The notes under the pieces were generated by a model. The model saw only the letters and a list, made by a program, of their open reading frames with translations. It made no database searches and was not told the origin of the DNA. Positions 24,090 to 45,329 of a stretch of 64,000 nucleotides of DNA are shown piece by piece. This DNA comes from Phyllobates terribilis. Its lineage: Eukaryota. Positions within the stretch are counted from its first letter, which is position 1. Every line of letters starts with the position of its first letter. The stretch covers positions 379,378,001 to 379,442,000 of the forward strand of contig NW_027362761.1 of assembly GCF_046119375.1 (NCBI RefSeq), given 5' to 3'. The position numbers and the translations under genes were made by a program.

Positions 24090-25720
24090 ACTGCACCCCT
24101 CAAGGTGCTCAAAACCACATTCAAGAAGTTTATTAACCCTTCAGATGCCTCACAGGAATTTTTGGAATGTGGAAGAAAAAAATTAACATTTATTTTTTTT
24201 CACCAAAATGTTACTTTAGACCCCATTTTTTTATTTTTGCAAGGGTATCATTAAAAATGGACCCCAAAATTTGTTTTGCAATTCCACCTGAGCACGCCGA
24301 TACCCCATATGTGGGAGAAAACCACTGTTTGGGTGTACGGCAGGGTTCGGAAGGGAAGGAGCGCCATTTGACTTTTTGAATGTAAAATTTGCTTGAATAA
24401 TTAGCGGACGCCATGTTGTGTTTGGGGAGCACGTGATGTGCCTAAACAGTGGAAATCCCCCACAAGTGCCACCATTTTGGAAACTAGACCCCTCAGGGAA
24501 CTTCTCTAGATGTGTGGTGAGCACCCTGAACCCCCGGGTGATTCGCAGAAGTTTATAACATTGAGCTGTAAAAATAAAATTTTCACATTTTTCCCACAAA
24601 AATGTTTTTCAGCCCCCCACTTTCCATTTTCATAAGGGTAACAGGAAAAATTGCGCCATATCATTTGTTGTGCAATTTCTAAGGAGTAAGCCGATACCCC
24701 ATATATGTGAGAAAACCACTGTTTGGGTGCACAGCAGGGTTCGGAAGGGAAGGAGCGCCATTTGACTTTTTGAATGTAAAATTTGCTTGAATAATTAGCG
24801 GACACCATGTTGTGTTTGGAGAGCCCCTGATATGCCTAAACAGTGGAAACCCCCCACAAGTGACGCCATTTTGGAAGCTAGATCCCTCAGGGAACTTATC
24901 TAGATGTGTGGTAAGCATCCTGAACCCCCAGGAGCTTCACAGAAGTTTATAACATTGAGCCGAAAAAATAACATTTTCAAATTTTTCCCACAAAAATTTT
25001 TTTTAGCCCCCAATTTTGCATTTTCATAAGGGTAACAGGAGAAATTGCACCATACCATTTGTTGTGCAAATTCTCCTGAGTAAGCCGATACCCCATATGT
25101 GGGAGAAAACCACTGTTTGGGCGCACGGCATGGTTCGGAAGGGAAGGAGCGCCATTTGAGTTTTTGAATGTAAAATTTACTTGAATAATTAGCAGACGCC
25201 ATGTTGCGTTTGGAGAGCCCCTTATGTGCCTAAACAGTGAAAAAAACCCACATGTGACACCATTTTGGAAACTAGACCCCTCAGGGATCTTATCTAGATG
25301 TGTGGTGAGCACCCTGAACCCCCAGGTGCTTCACAGAAGTTTATAACATGGCGCCGTGAAAATAAAAAAATCAAACTTTTTCCACAAAAATAATGTTTTA
25401 GTGTCAATTTTTTTTATTTTCACAAAGGTAAGAGGAGAAAATGGACACCAAAAACTGTTGTGCAATTTCTCCTGAGTACACCGATACCCCATATGTGGGG
25501 AAAATACACTGTTTGGGCTCACGGCAGGGTTCAGAAGGGAAGTAGCACTGTTTGACTTTTTGAACGCAAAATTGGCTGGAATCAAGAGCAGATGCCATGT
25601 CGCGTTTGGAGAACCCCTGACACGCCTAAACAGTGGAAACCCCTCAGAAGTGACTCCATTTTGGAAACTAGACCCCTCAAGGATTTTATCAAGGGGTATA
25701 GTGAACATTTTGAACCCAGA
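24090..25720. repeat. Tandem ~394-bp units inside the TTAA element
   Basis: Anchor CTAGA(C/T)CCCTCA recurs at ~24483, 24877, 25271 and 25667. Confidence 0.9.
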
Positions 25721-25775
25721 GGTACGACACAGAATTTGATAACATTAGGTCATCATATTGAATAAATTGTCATTA

Positions 25776-26086
25776 GTCTTGAGCGCAAGTGCTCGCTACT
25801 TGAGTTTGCATTGGGTACTCAGGTATGCACCATGTATCGCGGGTGCTCAAGTGACATGCTCGAGTCCCCGCCCCACATGTTTCACGGTTATTAGACACCC
25901 CAAAAAAAACATGCAGGAATCGCTCGTGCATGGCAGGCAATCCCGCAAGTTTTTTTTGGCTGCATAACAGCTGCAAAACATATGGGGCAGAGACTCAAGC
26001 ATGTCACTCGAGCACCCGCTATACTCGGCGTATACCCGAGCACCCGATTCAAACTCAAGTAGCGAGCACTTGCGCTCAACACTATT
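25776..26086. mobile_element. Palindromic MITE nested in the TTAA element
   Basis: Long inverted arms TAGT..TTGAGCGCAAGTGCTCGCTAC / GTAGCGAGCACTTGCGCTCAACACTA. Confidence 0.75.
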
Positions 26087-26130
26087 CGCCATATTGTCAT
26101 CATTTTTTTTCTTTACTTTTGTAAAAATCC

Positions 26131-26315
26131 CAACCCAAACACAACCCTAACCCTAGCACAACCCTAACCCTAGCCCAACCCTAGCCCTAGCCCAACCCTA
26201 ACCCTAACCCTAGCCCAACCCTAACCCTAGCCCAACCCTAACCCTAGCACAATCCTAACCCTAGCCCAACCCTAACCCTAGCCCAACCCTAACCCTAGCA
26301 CAACCCTAACCCTAG
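26131..26315. repeat. Degenerate telomere-like array (CCCTAA/CCCTAG/CCCAA)
   Basis: Direct read: AACCCTAACCCTAGCCC-type ~17-bp units. Confidence 0.9.
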
Positions 26316-28470
26316 AGTTTATTTTTTACGCCGTTCCTCATGCGGTATAATTGATTAGACGACTTTATTCTTTGGGTCGGTGCGATTACAGCGATGCCAG
26401 ATATAGTTTTTTTCTGATTGACAGCTGTCACACACTAAAAGACGCTTTTTTTTGCAAAGACTAGTTTTTGCATCGCCATATTTTGAGAGGTATAATTTTT
26501 CCATATTTCGGCTGACAGAGTCATGAGACAGCTTGTTTTTTGCGGGACAAGTTGATGTTTTTACTGCAACCATTTTCAGCCATGTGACATTTTTTGATCG
26601 CTTTCTATTCTGATTTTTGGGAGGCAGAATAAAAAAATGCAACAATTCCGGAATTGTTTTTTTTTAAATTTTTATGCCGTGTGGCAAAATTGATAAGGCA
26701 GCTTTATTCTTCGGGTCAGTACGTTTACAGTGGCACCACATTTATATAGTTTTTCTATGTTTTGGCGCTTTTATACAATAAAAACTATTTTATAGAAAAA
26801 AGAGTTTTTTTGCATCGCTTTATTCTGAGAGCTATAACTTTTTTATTTTTCGGATGATGGAGCTGTATGGTGGCTTGTTTTTTCGCGGGACAAGATGATG
26901 TTTTCAACGTTACCATTTTTATTTGCATTCGTCTTTTTGATCGCGTTTTATTCCATTTTTTGTTTGGCGGTATGATGATAAAGCATCATTTTTTGCTTCT
27001 TTTTTTAAAAATTCTTTTACCGTGTTCACTAAAGGGGTAAACTGGTAGGACCGTTTTTTAGGTCAGGTTGATCCGGACGTCGCGATACCAAATATGTGTA
27101 CTTTTATTGGTTTACTTTTTTTTTTTCATATTAAATAAATATTATGGGTACAATATATTTTTATTTTTTGGGGAATATTTTTTTCTTTTTTTTTTTTTAT
27201 ATATATATTTTTACAATTTTTTTTAAAAAGTTCTTTTTCACTTTCTGGCACTTTTTTTTACTTTTACACTTTGTTCCACTATGGGACTTTCAATTTTTGC
27301 AGCCTGATCAGCTGTATAGCATAGAGAGCAGCAGCTCCCTATGCCATGCATCATGTCAGCGCTGCACTCAAGGAGAAGTTACTTTGGTTGTGCACTGCGC
27401 ATGACCAAAGTAACTTCCTGCTGTCTGGTGACCCGGATGTGTCATGACAACATCCGGGAGCCGCTGCAGACACCGCAGGACGCCGGAGAGGAGGAGAGTA
27501 CCGGCGCTTACCTCCCCTTGCTCCCGCAATGCTGAGATCGACTTCGATCGCAGCATTGCAAGGGTTAAGGTGCCAGCAGCGGTGCGGGACTGGTCCTGGC
27601 ACTTAGCACCGTGTGTCAGCTGTGACAATCAGCTGACACCCGGCGGTGATCGCCCCACACCGCTTGTGTGCAGGCACGATCGCAGCGCGCGTAATGGTAC
27701 ATAAGGCCCAGGGCACAGCTACGTACTATTACTGACAAGGTCGGAAAGGGGTTAAATATTTTTGTAATCCAATTTGTGTGTGATGCATCAGCACTAAATA
27801 GTCTAAGTTGGTGAAGTGAAGTGAGAAAAATATAGGCATAAATTTAATTTATAGGATCAAATAACTACAAATTGGCATGTGCATATGTATTCACCCCTTT
27901 TTTGCTATTAAGCCCTTAAACATTTCTGTTGCTAGCAACTACCTTCATAAATTACATACTTAGTGAAAGGCACCACTAACCAAACAACACCATGAAGACC
28001 AAGGAGATCTCCAAACTAGTCAGGGATAAAGTTTTTGAGAAGAACAAGTCAGGGATGGGTTATAAAAAAATATCCCAATCTCTGATTATTCCCCGGAACA
28101 CCATCAAATCCATCATCAAATGGAAAGAACATGGTACTACAGCAAAGATGCCAAAAGAGGGCCACTCACTGAAACTCTCAGTCTGGGCAAGGAGGGTATT
28201 AATCAGAAAGGCAGCAGAGATACCAAAGATAACCCTGAAAGAACTTCAAGCAGAGACTAGTATCTGTCCATGCGACCACAATTAGCCATACACTCCATAG
28301 AGGTGGCCTTTATGGAAGAATGGGCAGAAAAAAAAGCCTTAATTTACACACAAAAATTGTAAGGCTCATTTTGAGTTTGCCAAAAGACATGTGGGAGACT
28401 CCCCAAATGTATAAAGGAAGGTGCTGTGGTCAGATGAGACCAAAATGTAACTTTTTGGCCACCAAGGTGA

Positions 28471-28668
<198 letters not shown>

Positions 28669-31569
28669 TAGAGGTTCACCTTCCAACAAGACAATGACTT
28701 AAAGCATACTGCTAATGCAACACTTGAGTGGTTTAAAGGTAAAGGTGTAAATGTTTTGGAGTGGCCTAGTCAAAGCCTAGACCTTAATCCAATTGAAAAT
28801 CTGTGGTCAGACTTGAAGATTGCTGTTCACCAGAGGAAACCATTTAACTTGGAGGAGCTGGAGCAGTTTTGCCTTGAGGAATGGGCAAAAATCCCAGTGA
28901 CAAGATGTGGAAAGCTCATAGAGACTTGTCCAAAGCGACTTGCAGATGTAATTGCCGCAAAAGGAGGCTCTACAAAGTACTGACTTTAGGGGTGAATAGT
29001 TATGCACACTGAAGAATTCAGTTATTTTGTCCTATTTGTTGTTTTCTTCACATTTAAAAGAAAACTAAATGTTCACAGTTGTAGGCATGTTCTTTATATG
29101 AACTGATGCAAACCCTAAAAAAAACTGTGAAATTCCAGGTTGTGAGGTAGCAAAACATGAAAAATTAGAAGGGGGTGAACCCTTTCGCAAGCCACCGTAC
29201 ATAGAGTTCAGTTTATTCACCTACAATGAATATAAAAAGTCTGTTAAAATGCCAGGTCTTTTGTCATATAAAAAAATCATATCAAGAAGAATAATTTCAG
29301 AACTTTTTTTTAACTTTAATGTCACCCATAATCTGTACAAATCCATTGACAAACTAAAATCATTTTGAGGAGGGAAATAAAAATAGTAATACTAATATAA
29401 TGTGGTTGTGTAAGGTAGTGGAGATGCTGTCACATCCCCCTTGTAGAATCTGTGGATATGTCATGCATTCCTATGTGTTGAAATGTTGATATATTCATTT
29501 TCTGCCCAGCAACATCTGGTTAGCAACAAACAGGGTTAATAGTTGGTACTAGCCCAGGATGAGAGGAGTTATATGGGAACTAGCTGAGGCAGATTTACTG
29601 TTATGATCATATAGGGTTTAGCAACTGAGAAGTACTGAGCTAGCTACATGCAGACCTGCATTTAAAGGGTATTAGTTTGCCAAGAGGGCGACTCGAGTAC
29701 AGATAGTACAATCTCAAGGAAGGTGAAGAAACAGTGGGAAGTCAGATTTCAGGCAGAAAGCCTAGCAGAGACGGAAGGAAGGACAAGGTCCTAGGTGCAG
29801 GTCAGGGAGGCCCTTGTGACAGTACGGAACTTTGCTCAGGGGAAGCGGAAGATAGAATTGAAAGGAAGTGAAAGGAAGGAATTACATAAACAGGACTTTA
29901 GCAAATGCTTGGGTGAAGACCTGGGGTCTTCCGTGAGCATAATACTACTCAGACAACACAGGGTGAGTAAAAATAGTGTGGCAATATTTTATTGACCCAC
30001 CAAACTGACAATAAACACATAGAACAGTCCCAACAAATACCCAAGATGGTGCAAAATTACACAGTCTCACCCTTTCGTTGGCCCGCTTGGGAATAGAACA
30101 GCTGCGACTTTGGGACTTCCAGGGCAAAATACCTTAACCAGTGTCCCCCCTCTTTTGGTAGGCCCCCACAGAGAGGAGGTAGCGGCAAGCTTAGGAAGCT
30201 GACAGACCTTCAAGGTACAAGGCCAGGAGACCTGAGGGTCCACCCTGGCCTCTCCGAGAGTTTCAATGGGGCCAGATGACCGGCTGGTCCCAATCTGGCT
30301 TCTCTGAATGTCTCCATGGGTTCCAGGCGGCTGGAGGATCCCACCTGGCAACCCCAAACAACATATCCATGGGGCCAGGTGACTTTTTCTTCCCAACCTG
30401 GTCTCCCCAAATGTATCCATTGATTCTCTGATGGTCAGTGGAGCATATCTGTATCCTTCTAGTCAGGGCCGTATACCCTTAGGCCGAAATCATGTAGAAT
30501 CTCAATCTGTGTCTCTCTGGATCAAGACTTGCTACCAAGCTGCTGTTATGAAGAGTGTCTCTCTGATTCTCTGCTTCTCCTTGATTCTCCTTGCAGCAGG
30601 ATAGAAAACCCTTTTTATATTTACATAGGTGGCTAAGGTCATCAGTCACAGGTCAGAGATAAAGGTGCAGGGCTCACTCAGGTCTCATTGTTTGAGCTAA
30701 TCCCCCAGCTCTTGTAACCAAACTAGCTGGTTTAGTACAATATGCAATTAGTATAGTAACAAACATCATTGTTCCCAAACACTAAGTCACTGTCCTTCTT
30801 AACCAGCCAAACAAACACATACATTCAATGGTCAACACAAAAATAATAATGTATTTTTCTTGGCTTAACAAATCTAAACGTCTGACTGATTAAGATAAGA
30901 AGCTGTTTTGTCACAGCTTTTCCATAAGGAGGAAAGCTAAGTGTCGCCATAATGGGACAGGACCTCACCTGTGGAGAACTTAGGATACAGTGGTACAGGA
31001 TGGAACCTATGACCCTCGTCAAACAGACCGTAGAGGTACTAGTGAGGAGTTGTATTACCATACCCCCGCCAGTGGGGTACTCACAAGTCAGCTGCAACTG
31101 GGAACTGAGAGTAGCTGTGAGGGGCCATATCTTTACAATTCAATCCATGTGGTCCCACAGGGGAAGACGGAGCTTCCCATGATAGTTTCCTGGACTGTTG
31201 TGAGATGTGAGAAGAGTAATGTGTCACTTGTAACTAGAAAATGCCTTTTTTCTGCTAATTGCAAGCGAAGCATTCGTGAAGTATTGTGCCTACTATCTGA
31301 TGTACATAATTCATATCAAGATACTGTTCAGTATAGAAAAAGTTTGACTATGAGCTCACTCCTTCAATTCTACCTCTTCTGGTCCTGTCCTGCCAAGTCC
31401 AACAGTATGTGGTCTGCAGAGGCATATTGCCAAGGTAACATCAGCACACACACCTAGCCAGGACCCCCATTTTCATCTAGCATGGCAGGGTGTGAAAGAT
31501 AAGTTGCACACCTATGACTGCCTCCCCACACCATGTTACAGTTGCATAAGTGTAAACACCCTCTTATAA

Positions 31570-32950
31570 TTACAGATGTAGTTGTGTTCAGAATTAGCCA
31601 ATCGCATTTAAACTCCTGTTATATAGTTAGTGCACAGCTGCCATCATCTACTGTGATTCTGATTAACCTCATATAAAGTTTAGCTGTTCTAGTAGGATTT
31701 TCCTGACATTTTCTTGGTTGTATTTTACATCAAAAGCCATAGTCCGTAAACCGCTTATAACGCAGCATAGAGATCTCATTGATGAAAGTTGTCCATCAAG
31801 AGTAAAGTACAAAAACATTTCCAAAGCATATGATATACCATTGAACAGTGTGAAGATGGTCATCAAAAAATGGCTTAAATTTGGCACAGCAGTGACATTA
31901 TCTAGAATTCTACATCCCTCAAAAATTGATGAAAAAACAAGAGGAAAATTGTTCCAAGAGGCTGTCAAGAGGCCTACAGCAACATTGAAGGAGCTGCAGA
32001 AATTTCTGGAAAGTACTGTTTTTTTACTGCATGTGGCAACAATCTCCCATATTTTTCATGTCTAGCCTGTGGGGTAGGGTGGCAAGACGGAAGCCTTTCC
32101 TTACAAAGTTAAACATCCCAGTCCGGCTATGTTTTGTCCAAACCTACGTTAAGTATGCCAAAAGCATGTGTGAAAACATGTTATGGTTTGATGAGACCAA
32201 GGTTGAATTTTTTGCCCATAATTCCATAAAGATATTTTGTGCAAAGCCAAAATGTGCATCATCAAAAGACCACCATACCCACAGTGAAGCATGGTGGAGA
32301 CAGCATTATGCTTTGGGGATTTTTTTTCGGCAGCTGGAACTGAAGCTTTAGTAGATGTGGAGGGAATTGTGAACAGTTCCAAATATCAGTCAATTTTGCT
32401 TCAAAACCTTCAGGCTTCTACTAAGAAGCTGTTGAGGAAGAGGAATTTCACTATTAGCACGACAATGACCCGAATCATGCCTCCAAATCAACAAAAGAAT
32501 GGCTTTGCCAGAGAACATCTTTTTAAAAAGGCCCAGCCCAAGCCCAGATCTAAATCCAATTGAAGCTCTGTAGGTTGTCCAGAAGAGGGCGCTGTACACA
32601 GATGATGTCCTCACAATCTGTCAGGTTTGGATCGTTACTGCAAGGAAGAGTGGGCAAAGATTATTAATTTTAGATTTGCCATGTTGATAGAATCCTAACC
32701 AAAAAGACTGAATGCTGTCATAATTTCAAAGGATACTTAAAGTATCAGTTTAAGGGTGTGCATATTTATACAACCACATTATTTTAGTTCTTTATTGTTC
32801 TTTTTCCAACCAAAAACATTAGTTTTCAATTGAATTTTACAGAATATAGTTTACATTCTGAAAAAAATTCTAAAATGAATCTTCTTAATATGATTATTTT
32901 ACATGACAAAAACCTGGCAAAACAGAAGTGTATAGACTTTTTTATACCCT
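31570..32950 (+). mobile_element. Old, heavily decayed Tc1
   Basis: Fragments YKNISKAYDIPLNSVKMVIKKW, WFDETKVEFF and VKHGGDSIMLWG. Boundaries are approximate. Confidence 0.75.
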
Positions 32951-34276
32951 ATCCACCATATATACTACGATGTACATAACGGAAAATTCTTTGCTGAACC
33001 TATAATTGTTTTCTTAACCAGTTCAAGATCAAACCATTTTCATATATACAGTTTATTTTATTTATTTTTTACTTATTTATTATGTTTTGCTTCTATGGAA
33101 CCATCATATACTGCAGCACTTTACAGACATTACCATCACTGTCCCCATTGGGGCTCACAATTTAAATTCCCCACCATTATGTCTTTGGAGTGTGGGAGGA
33201 AACCAGAGTACTCAGAGGAAACCCGTGCAAGCATGGTGATAAAAAACCTTTGGGACGCATTTCAATATTTAAGTATGTTTTTTTTATTTCTGTTTTCACT
33301 GTAACTGGGGCTTGTACATTAGCCCCAGTTACAGGGTAAATTCAGATTCAGTTACAGGGTAAATTCAGCCTTCTGGCTGCATAGCAGAGCTGACTAGGTC
33401 TCTTAGGACCCAGGAACTCCTTCTCTCTCCCTACACCCAGCGATCACATTATGCAGGGATATATTAGAACGTCATTGCAGAGATATATGCGTACTGCTCG
33501 GACGTTTAAATTCTATAATCAATCAGGAAGTAAAGATCTTACATTCTAAAGACCTAAAAGTCTACACCCCACAATTGCTTTCTGTGCAGATTGGTCTTTC
33601 ATAATGCACAATGTGTCTGTATAGCGTGATTCAGGATAACATACTGCCAACAACTGCTCTCGTTCACTTCCTGAGAAGGGGGCACAAATCATGTGATGAT
33701 AAATATTATAACCCTTGTGCATTTGGGTACAATTAGATGATAATATGTGTCACCTGCAAAGACAATGATAGCATCACTTTTGCAGCCTATGGAGAAAGAG
33801 AAGTTAGTTATTCTTGCTCACAGCTTCTCTACAAAAATGTCGATGGTAATACATGAACCCCTGTGTATACCAAATGCATTCTAGAAATGTAGTATTGACT
33901 ATAATATTTCCTGTAGCATTAACTATGAGCATTAACTTTTCTTTTTAAATATTAACCAATATCTTTTAGAATTTTATGAAATCATTTTTCATGAATGTGC
34001 TCATTTTCCATGGTTTTACTTTTTTTTCTCATGAGTATCAATGCACTTAAAGGGGTTCTCCGGTCTAAATCGATAAGTCTGCAGTCACTCTGTGTGACTG
34101 CAGACTCATGAGTCCCCCAGCGCATCCACTATGCGTTGCAGGGATTCGTCAATTTCTGACCCAGGACCAAAGGGTATGTATGGCCGGCCGCGTCACTAGA
34201 CGAGGTGCAGGCTGGATACTATACAAGTGTAGGGAGAAAGGCCACACCCACTAGACGTGCCCTGGCTGGGAGTATG

Positions 34277-40812
<6,536 letters not shown>

Positions 40813-41072
40813 TATATAACTCATACATACCCTCCGGTCCCGGGTCAGAAACCGGCAAATACCCGCAGCGCACAATGCGTGTGTTGGGGGATTCATAAGT
40901 CGGCAGTTGCACAGAGTGACTGCAGACTTGTTGATTTGGACCGGACAACCCTTTTAAGCTCCTGTTGGGCAGATCACTTTTCTTTAAATTATAATTTACT
41001 TTCAATTTTGTAAAATATACGTCAGAGATAATCTCAAACATACTTTATGTCTATTCTGCCTTGATTTTCCAG

Positions 41073-41247
41073 GATTTCCATATTCTGAGTCATGGGAAGC
41101 TCACTGGACTTATCTTTACACACTAGAGGCAACTTACCCCAATAATGGCGGTTTCACTTTTACTCCAGTTCCTGCACAATCCTCATTTGATCAGTGGGAA
41201 GTAGGAATGTTAAGGATCAGTTCAAGCAACCAAAAGGAAGGAGAGAG
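41073..41247 (+). CDS. SUSD2: SUSD2 exon 5
   Basis: GFPYSESWEAHWTYLYTLEATYPNNGGFTFTPVPAQSSFDQWEVGMLRISS (human GMPYSQEWTAKWSYLY...NSGSFTFTP). Boundaries ttccag| and |gtaatg. Confidence 0.93.
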
Positions 41248-42449
41248 GTAATGTATGTGAAATAGTTTTAGTGATGCAAACCTACATTACTACTGTACAT
41301 GTGGAATAAAACTTCCAGCTATGGGCATAACTATAATAGGTTCAGGGATTGCAGCCTTTTGGCTAATATGATAAGACCAATACTATTAAAGACTTGTGGT
41401 AGTTGAGGGACCTGTTGGAGATTTGCATTGGGGCCTACAAGCTTCAATGTAAGCAAACAGAAAGAGATTGCAATGACTAAAGACCCTGTGTTGTGAAACA
41501 CGTCTGCCTACGTATTCTCCTCACCTCGGGGTTGTGACTATTATTCTGTCGATTATTATTTTTTAATACTTATTCAATAAAATTTCAAGTTTTATGGGAT
41601 CTTTGAAGCTGGATTTTTCCACTATCTACAAGCTTCAAGTTCCACCACTAGTTCCACCAAATGTCAATGCACACCGGTATGTTACTGTAGGCCAATATTC
41701 CTCAATAACATGATGTTGGTGAATATGTATTTTATATTTTTCATTTCTCACATCTTGTTCTATTTTCATTTCTATAACCTCAGTAAATGCAATGCAATTT
41801 TTAGAATATAAACACATTAGGGAATATTTATCAATGTAAATACATTAGTACTAGTATGGAGCAATTGCACTTCTTTTTATCTGAAAATGTGTCTGGAGTT
41901 TAAAACGTGAGTGGGGCTTTACCTAACTTTCTCCACCATTTTTACCATGTTTCAGATTCAGAGTAAGTCTACAACAGGTTCAGATGTGCCAGTCACTAAA
42001 TAGATAGCTTTTAGGGTACTTGTAATGTTGAGTTTTTCTGGAATCAATTATACCAAAAATCCATGTAAAAATCCACATATGCAGTTGAAAATCTGCAGCG
42101 TGCTATGATTTCTGCATTAATTACTGTATTTCCTTCTACATGTGGGTTGGGTTTGAAAAGCCATTCACATATATTGTACTGTCATTTGTAACAAATCTTC
42201 AGTTCAGAATCGTAACTGAAAGTCTGACAAAAATCCACCAGGTACGAATGTAGTTTATATTATCATCTTAAATAAAGGCTTTGAACACATTGGGTTAAAT
42301 TTTCTAATTGAATGCATGTTTTCGAAGCTAAAAAGTGTTTTCAAATTTTTTTTTATTGAAGATATTGCATCATTCGGCATTTACAGTTTACATGTGTAGC
42401 AATACATAGCAAGCTGCAGAATGCTCTTACATGCATATGTCGCTGGGCA

Positions 42450-43335
42450 ACATTGAAGTTGAACTCCCTCCAAAGATTTTCTATTGGGTTCAGGTCTAGA
42501 GACTGGCTAGGCGACTCCAGGACCTTTAAATGCTTCTTATGGAGCCATTCCTTAGTTGCCCTGGCTGTGTGTTTCGGGTCATTGTCATGCTGGAAGACCA
42601 GCCACGACCTATCTTCAATGCTCTTACTGAGGGAAGGAGGTTGTTGGCCAAAATCTCATGATGCATGACCCCATCCATCCTTCCTTCAATATGGTGCAGT
42701 CGTCGTGTCCCTTTTGCAGAAAATCACCCCCAAAATATGAGGTTTTCCCCACAATGCTTCACGATTGGGACGGTGTTCTTGGGGTTCTACTCATCCTTCT
42801 TCTTCCTCCAAACACGGCGAGTGGTATTGTTATCAAAAAGTTCTATTTTGGTTTCATGTGATCACATAAAATTCTCCCATGCCTCCTCTGGATCATCAAG
42901 ATGGTCATTGGTGAACTTCAAACGGACTTGGACATGTGCTGGCGTGAGTATGGAACCTTGAGTGCCCTGCAGAATTTTAATCCTAGTCTGTTACTAATGG
43001 TAATGTTTGAGACTGTGGTCCCAGCTCTCTTCAGGTCATTGACCAGGTCCATCCATGTAGTTCTGGGCTGATTACTGACCTTTCTCAGAATCATCCTTAC
43101 CCCACAAGGTGAGATCTTGCATGGAGCCCAGACGGAGGAAGATTGACAGTCATCTTCTATTTTCTAATAATTGTGCCAACAGTTGTGGCCTTCTCACCAA
43201 GCTGCTTGCCTATTGTCCTGCAGCCCATCCCAGACTTGTGCAGGTCTACAGTTTTGTTCCTGGTGTGCTTAGACAGCTCTTTGGTCTTGGCCATGGTGGA
43301 GAGGTTGGAGTGTGATTGATTCAGTGTGTGGACCA
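42450..43335 (-). mobile_element. Tc1 internal fragment, sibling of 34277-40812
   Basis: Near-collinear with 34680-35365 plus 40315-40480. It shows the empty site TTTCTAATAATTG at ~43161, confirming the gypsy TSD. Confidence 0.85.
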
Positions 43336-45329
43336 CACACATTGCACCACAATTGGAAATTCCACAATTGGAATCCCCCCCCCCCCATTTTTAAGTACAT
43401 TGAATGGTAAATAGAATAGTGTCATTCAAAACTACAACTCGTTATGTGCATGTAAAAATAAAAAGTTATGGCTTTTGGAATAAGGGTAGGAAAAAAGCGC
43501 AAAATGAAAATTCGCTGCAGAGGGAAGGGGTTAAAGTCTAACAACTCCAAGATTATTCTATTTCCTGAGAAGGAAGGAAAAATGGATTTTAAAATCCAAA
43601 ATCACGTGGCCAACTTTCTAATGGCATGCTTTTCATATATATTGTGGTCTATATTATACATTAAAAATTATTTTAATGAGTATTACATCTATTACCTGTA
43701 GCTCTGACATTCTTGGGCTTACAATATGTGGACATCAGTAGAAGCTTTTTACATCATTAACAATAAATATGTGAAGTCCAGAATGTGTAAGCTTCAGAGT
43801 TTAGGAAATGGTGGCAAATTATGACAATGCCTGTAAAATTGGTGGATGGGGACCCACTGCACCACGGACCAGACGAACCCTGGAGGGCCGTGACTAAGTG
43901 TCTTCCGGGTCTTTGCCAGGGCCTCAGATGGTGAGGATAGGCTGGGCTGCCCATAGACAACAGGTAGCATTTCAGGGCAGTCCCCGGTACTGCAGAAGCT
44001 GACCTGAGGGTCAGAGGCACGGGTACGAGGTACAGGAGGGCAAGACAGAGGCATAGTCAGACAGTCCGAGGTCGGGGCAGGCAGCACAGGATCAGCGTAC
44101 AAAGCTGAGGTGCAGAGTGGAAAGATCAGACAGAACGGCTATATAAGCCGGGTCAATAAAGGGAGAATCAATACAAAGAAATGCATAAACCGGACACTAG
44201 CAGACAACTAACCAGACAACAACGTTTAGGCAAATAGTTTTGGGAGGAGCTGCCTAATATAGACCCTGCTGGCACGGGATAGGCTGGGGAACCTAATCTC
44301 TGCAGGACACAGCAGTTTTTAACTCGTGCAGAGACTGGCCTAGCCCCCCTAAGACCAAGTAGAAGCTACATGCTGATGCAGCAATGCAGAGGAGTGCTGC
44401 AAAAGTCAACTCAGTGAGATGGCCTAACACGAGGAGATGCTGTACCGTGACCATCATTAGTAAGGCGGCGCTGAGGAGGCAAGAAAGTTACTGTCATGAC
44501 CATAGGCGGATTATTATGAGGATGATCTGGGCTACCGCCCGGGGCCTGTGGCTCTGGCAGGGCCCACGGCCAGATCACCCTCATTATAATGTTTTCTGAG
44601 AGGCAGGGGCAGGGGGACCGCACATTACCATTAAACGCCGGCCGCATCAGGGAGACAGACACGCCCCCTGCACGCTGTGGCTGTGTCTCCAGGACTGACG
44701 TCACACAGCAGCGCCTGGAGCTTCTTCACTTCATCCTGCCGGAGAGGAGCTCGTGCATCAGTGGATGGCGGTAAATACGAGTCGAGGTCGGGCCCTGGGC
44801 AGGATGTCTGGAGTGAGGAGGGGGCTGCAGGACGTTGCTCCCCTCCTGATGAGTTCACACGGATCCCTTAGTGTCAGGTCGGCGGCCGCTCTGCTGGGGC
44901 CCTGTATGACTTATGGCCGGAGTCTGACCTTTGCAGCAGATCAGGTCACTCTGGGTCATCGGCTCCAGAGTCACCAGATCTGCAGGAAAATTCAGAGTCC
45001 AGCAATAAATCACACTGAGCCCCAGCAGAGCGACCACAGACATCAGCAGAGTGGATCCTGCACTGACTGATCAACACTGAACCTACAGGACGTCACATAC
45101 TATACTGCTCCATATATAATATGTGAGGTCCTGTGTGCAGGTCCAAGTGTGATCAGTACAGTGTATACCCATGTACAAAAAATGTCATCCAGTATATCGA
45201 TTACTGTATGGTATACTGTGGTACAGACATCAGATGGGATATAACAATGTGTATAGCATATAACATCTAATGTCTGTATCACAGTATATCATACTAGCTA
45301 TTGAACCTGTTGTACGCCCGGGTGGCGAG

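Larger units (their letters stand above)
23590..27751. mobile_element. Non-autonomous TTAA-targeting (piggyBac-like) element, 4.2 kb
   Basis: TTAA|CCCCTTT ... AAAGGGG|TTAA, inserted exactly at a TTAA that is single in the uninterrupted Tc1 sibling. No transposase ORF. Confidence 0.75.

Noticed and set aside
26131-26315. True telomere or chromosome-fusion scar
   Set aside because: Short, degenerate, single-orientation array embedded inside a transposon-like element.
30930-31457. Possible decayed Ig-like or secreted-protein exons in intron 4
   Set aside because: Resemblance is faint, needs frameshifts and a non-GT donor, and lacks the conserved Ig Cys/Tyr motif.
43890-44455. Possible solo LTR in the GC-rich stretch of intron 5
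   Set aside because: Could not define TG..CA ends or a target-site duplication.
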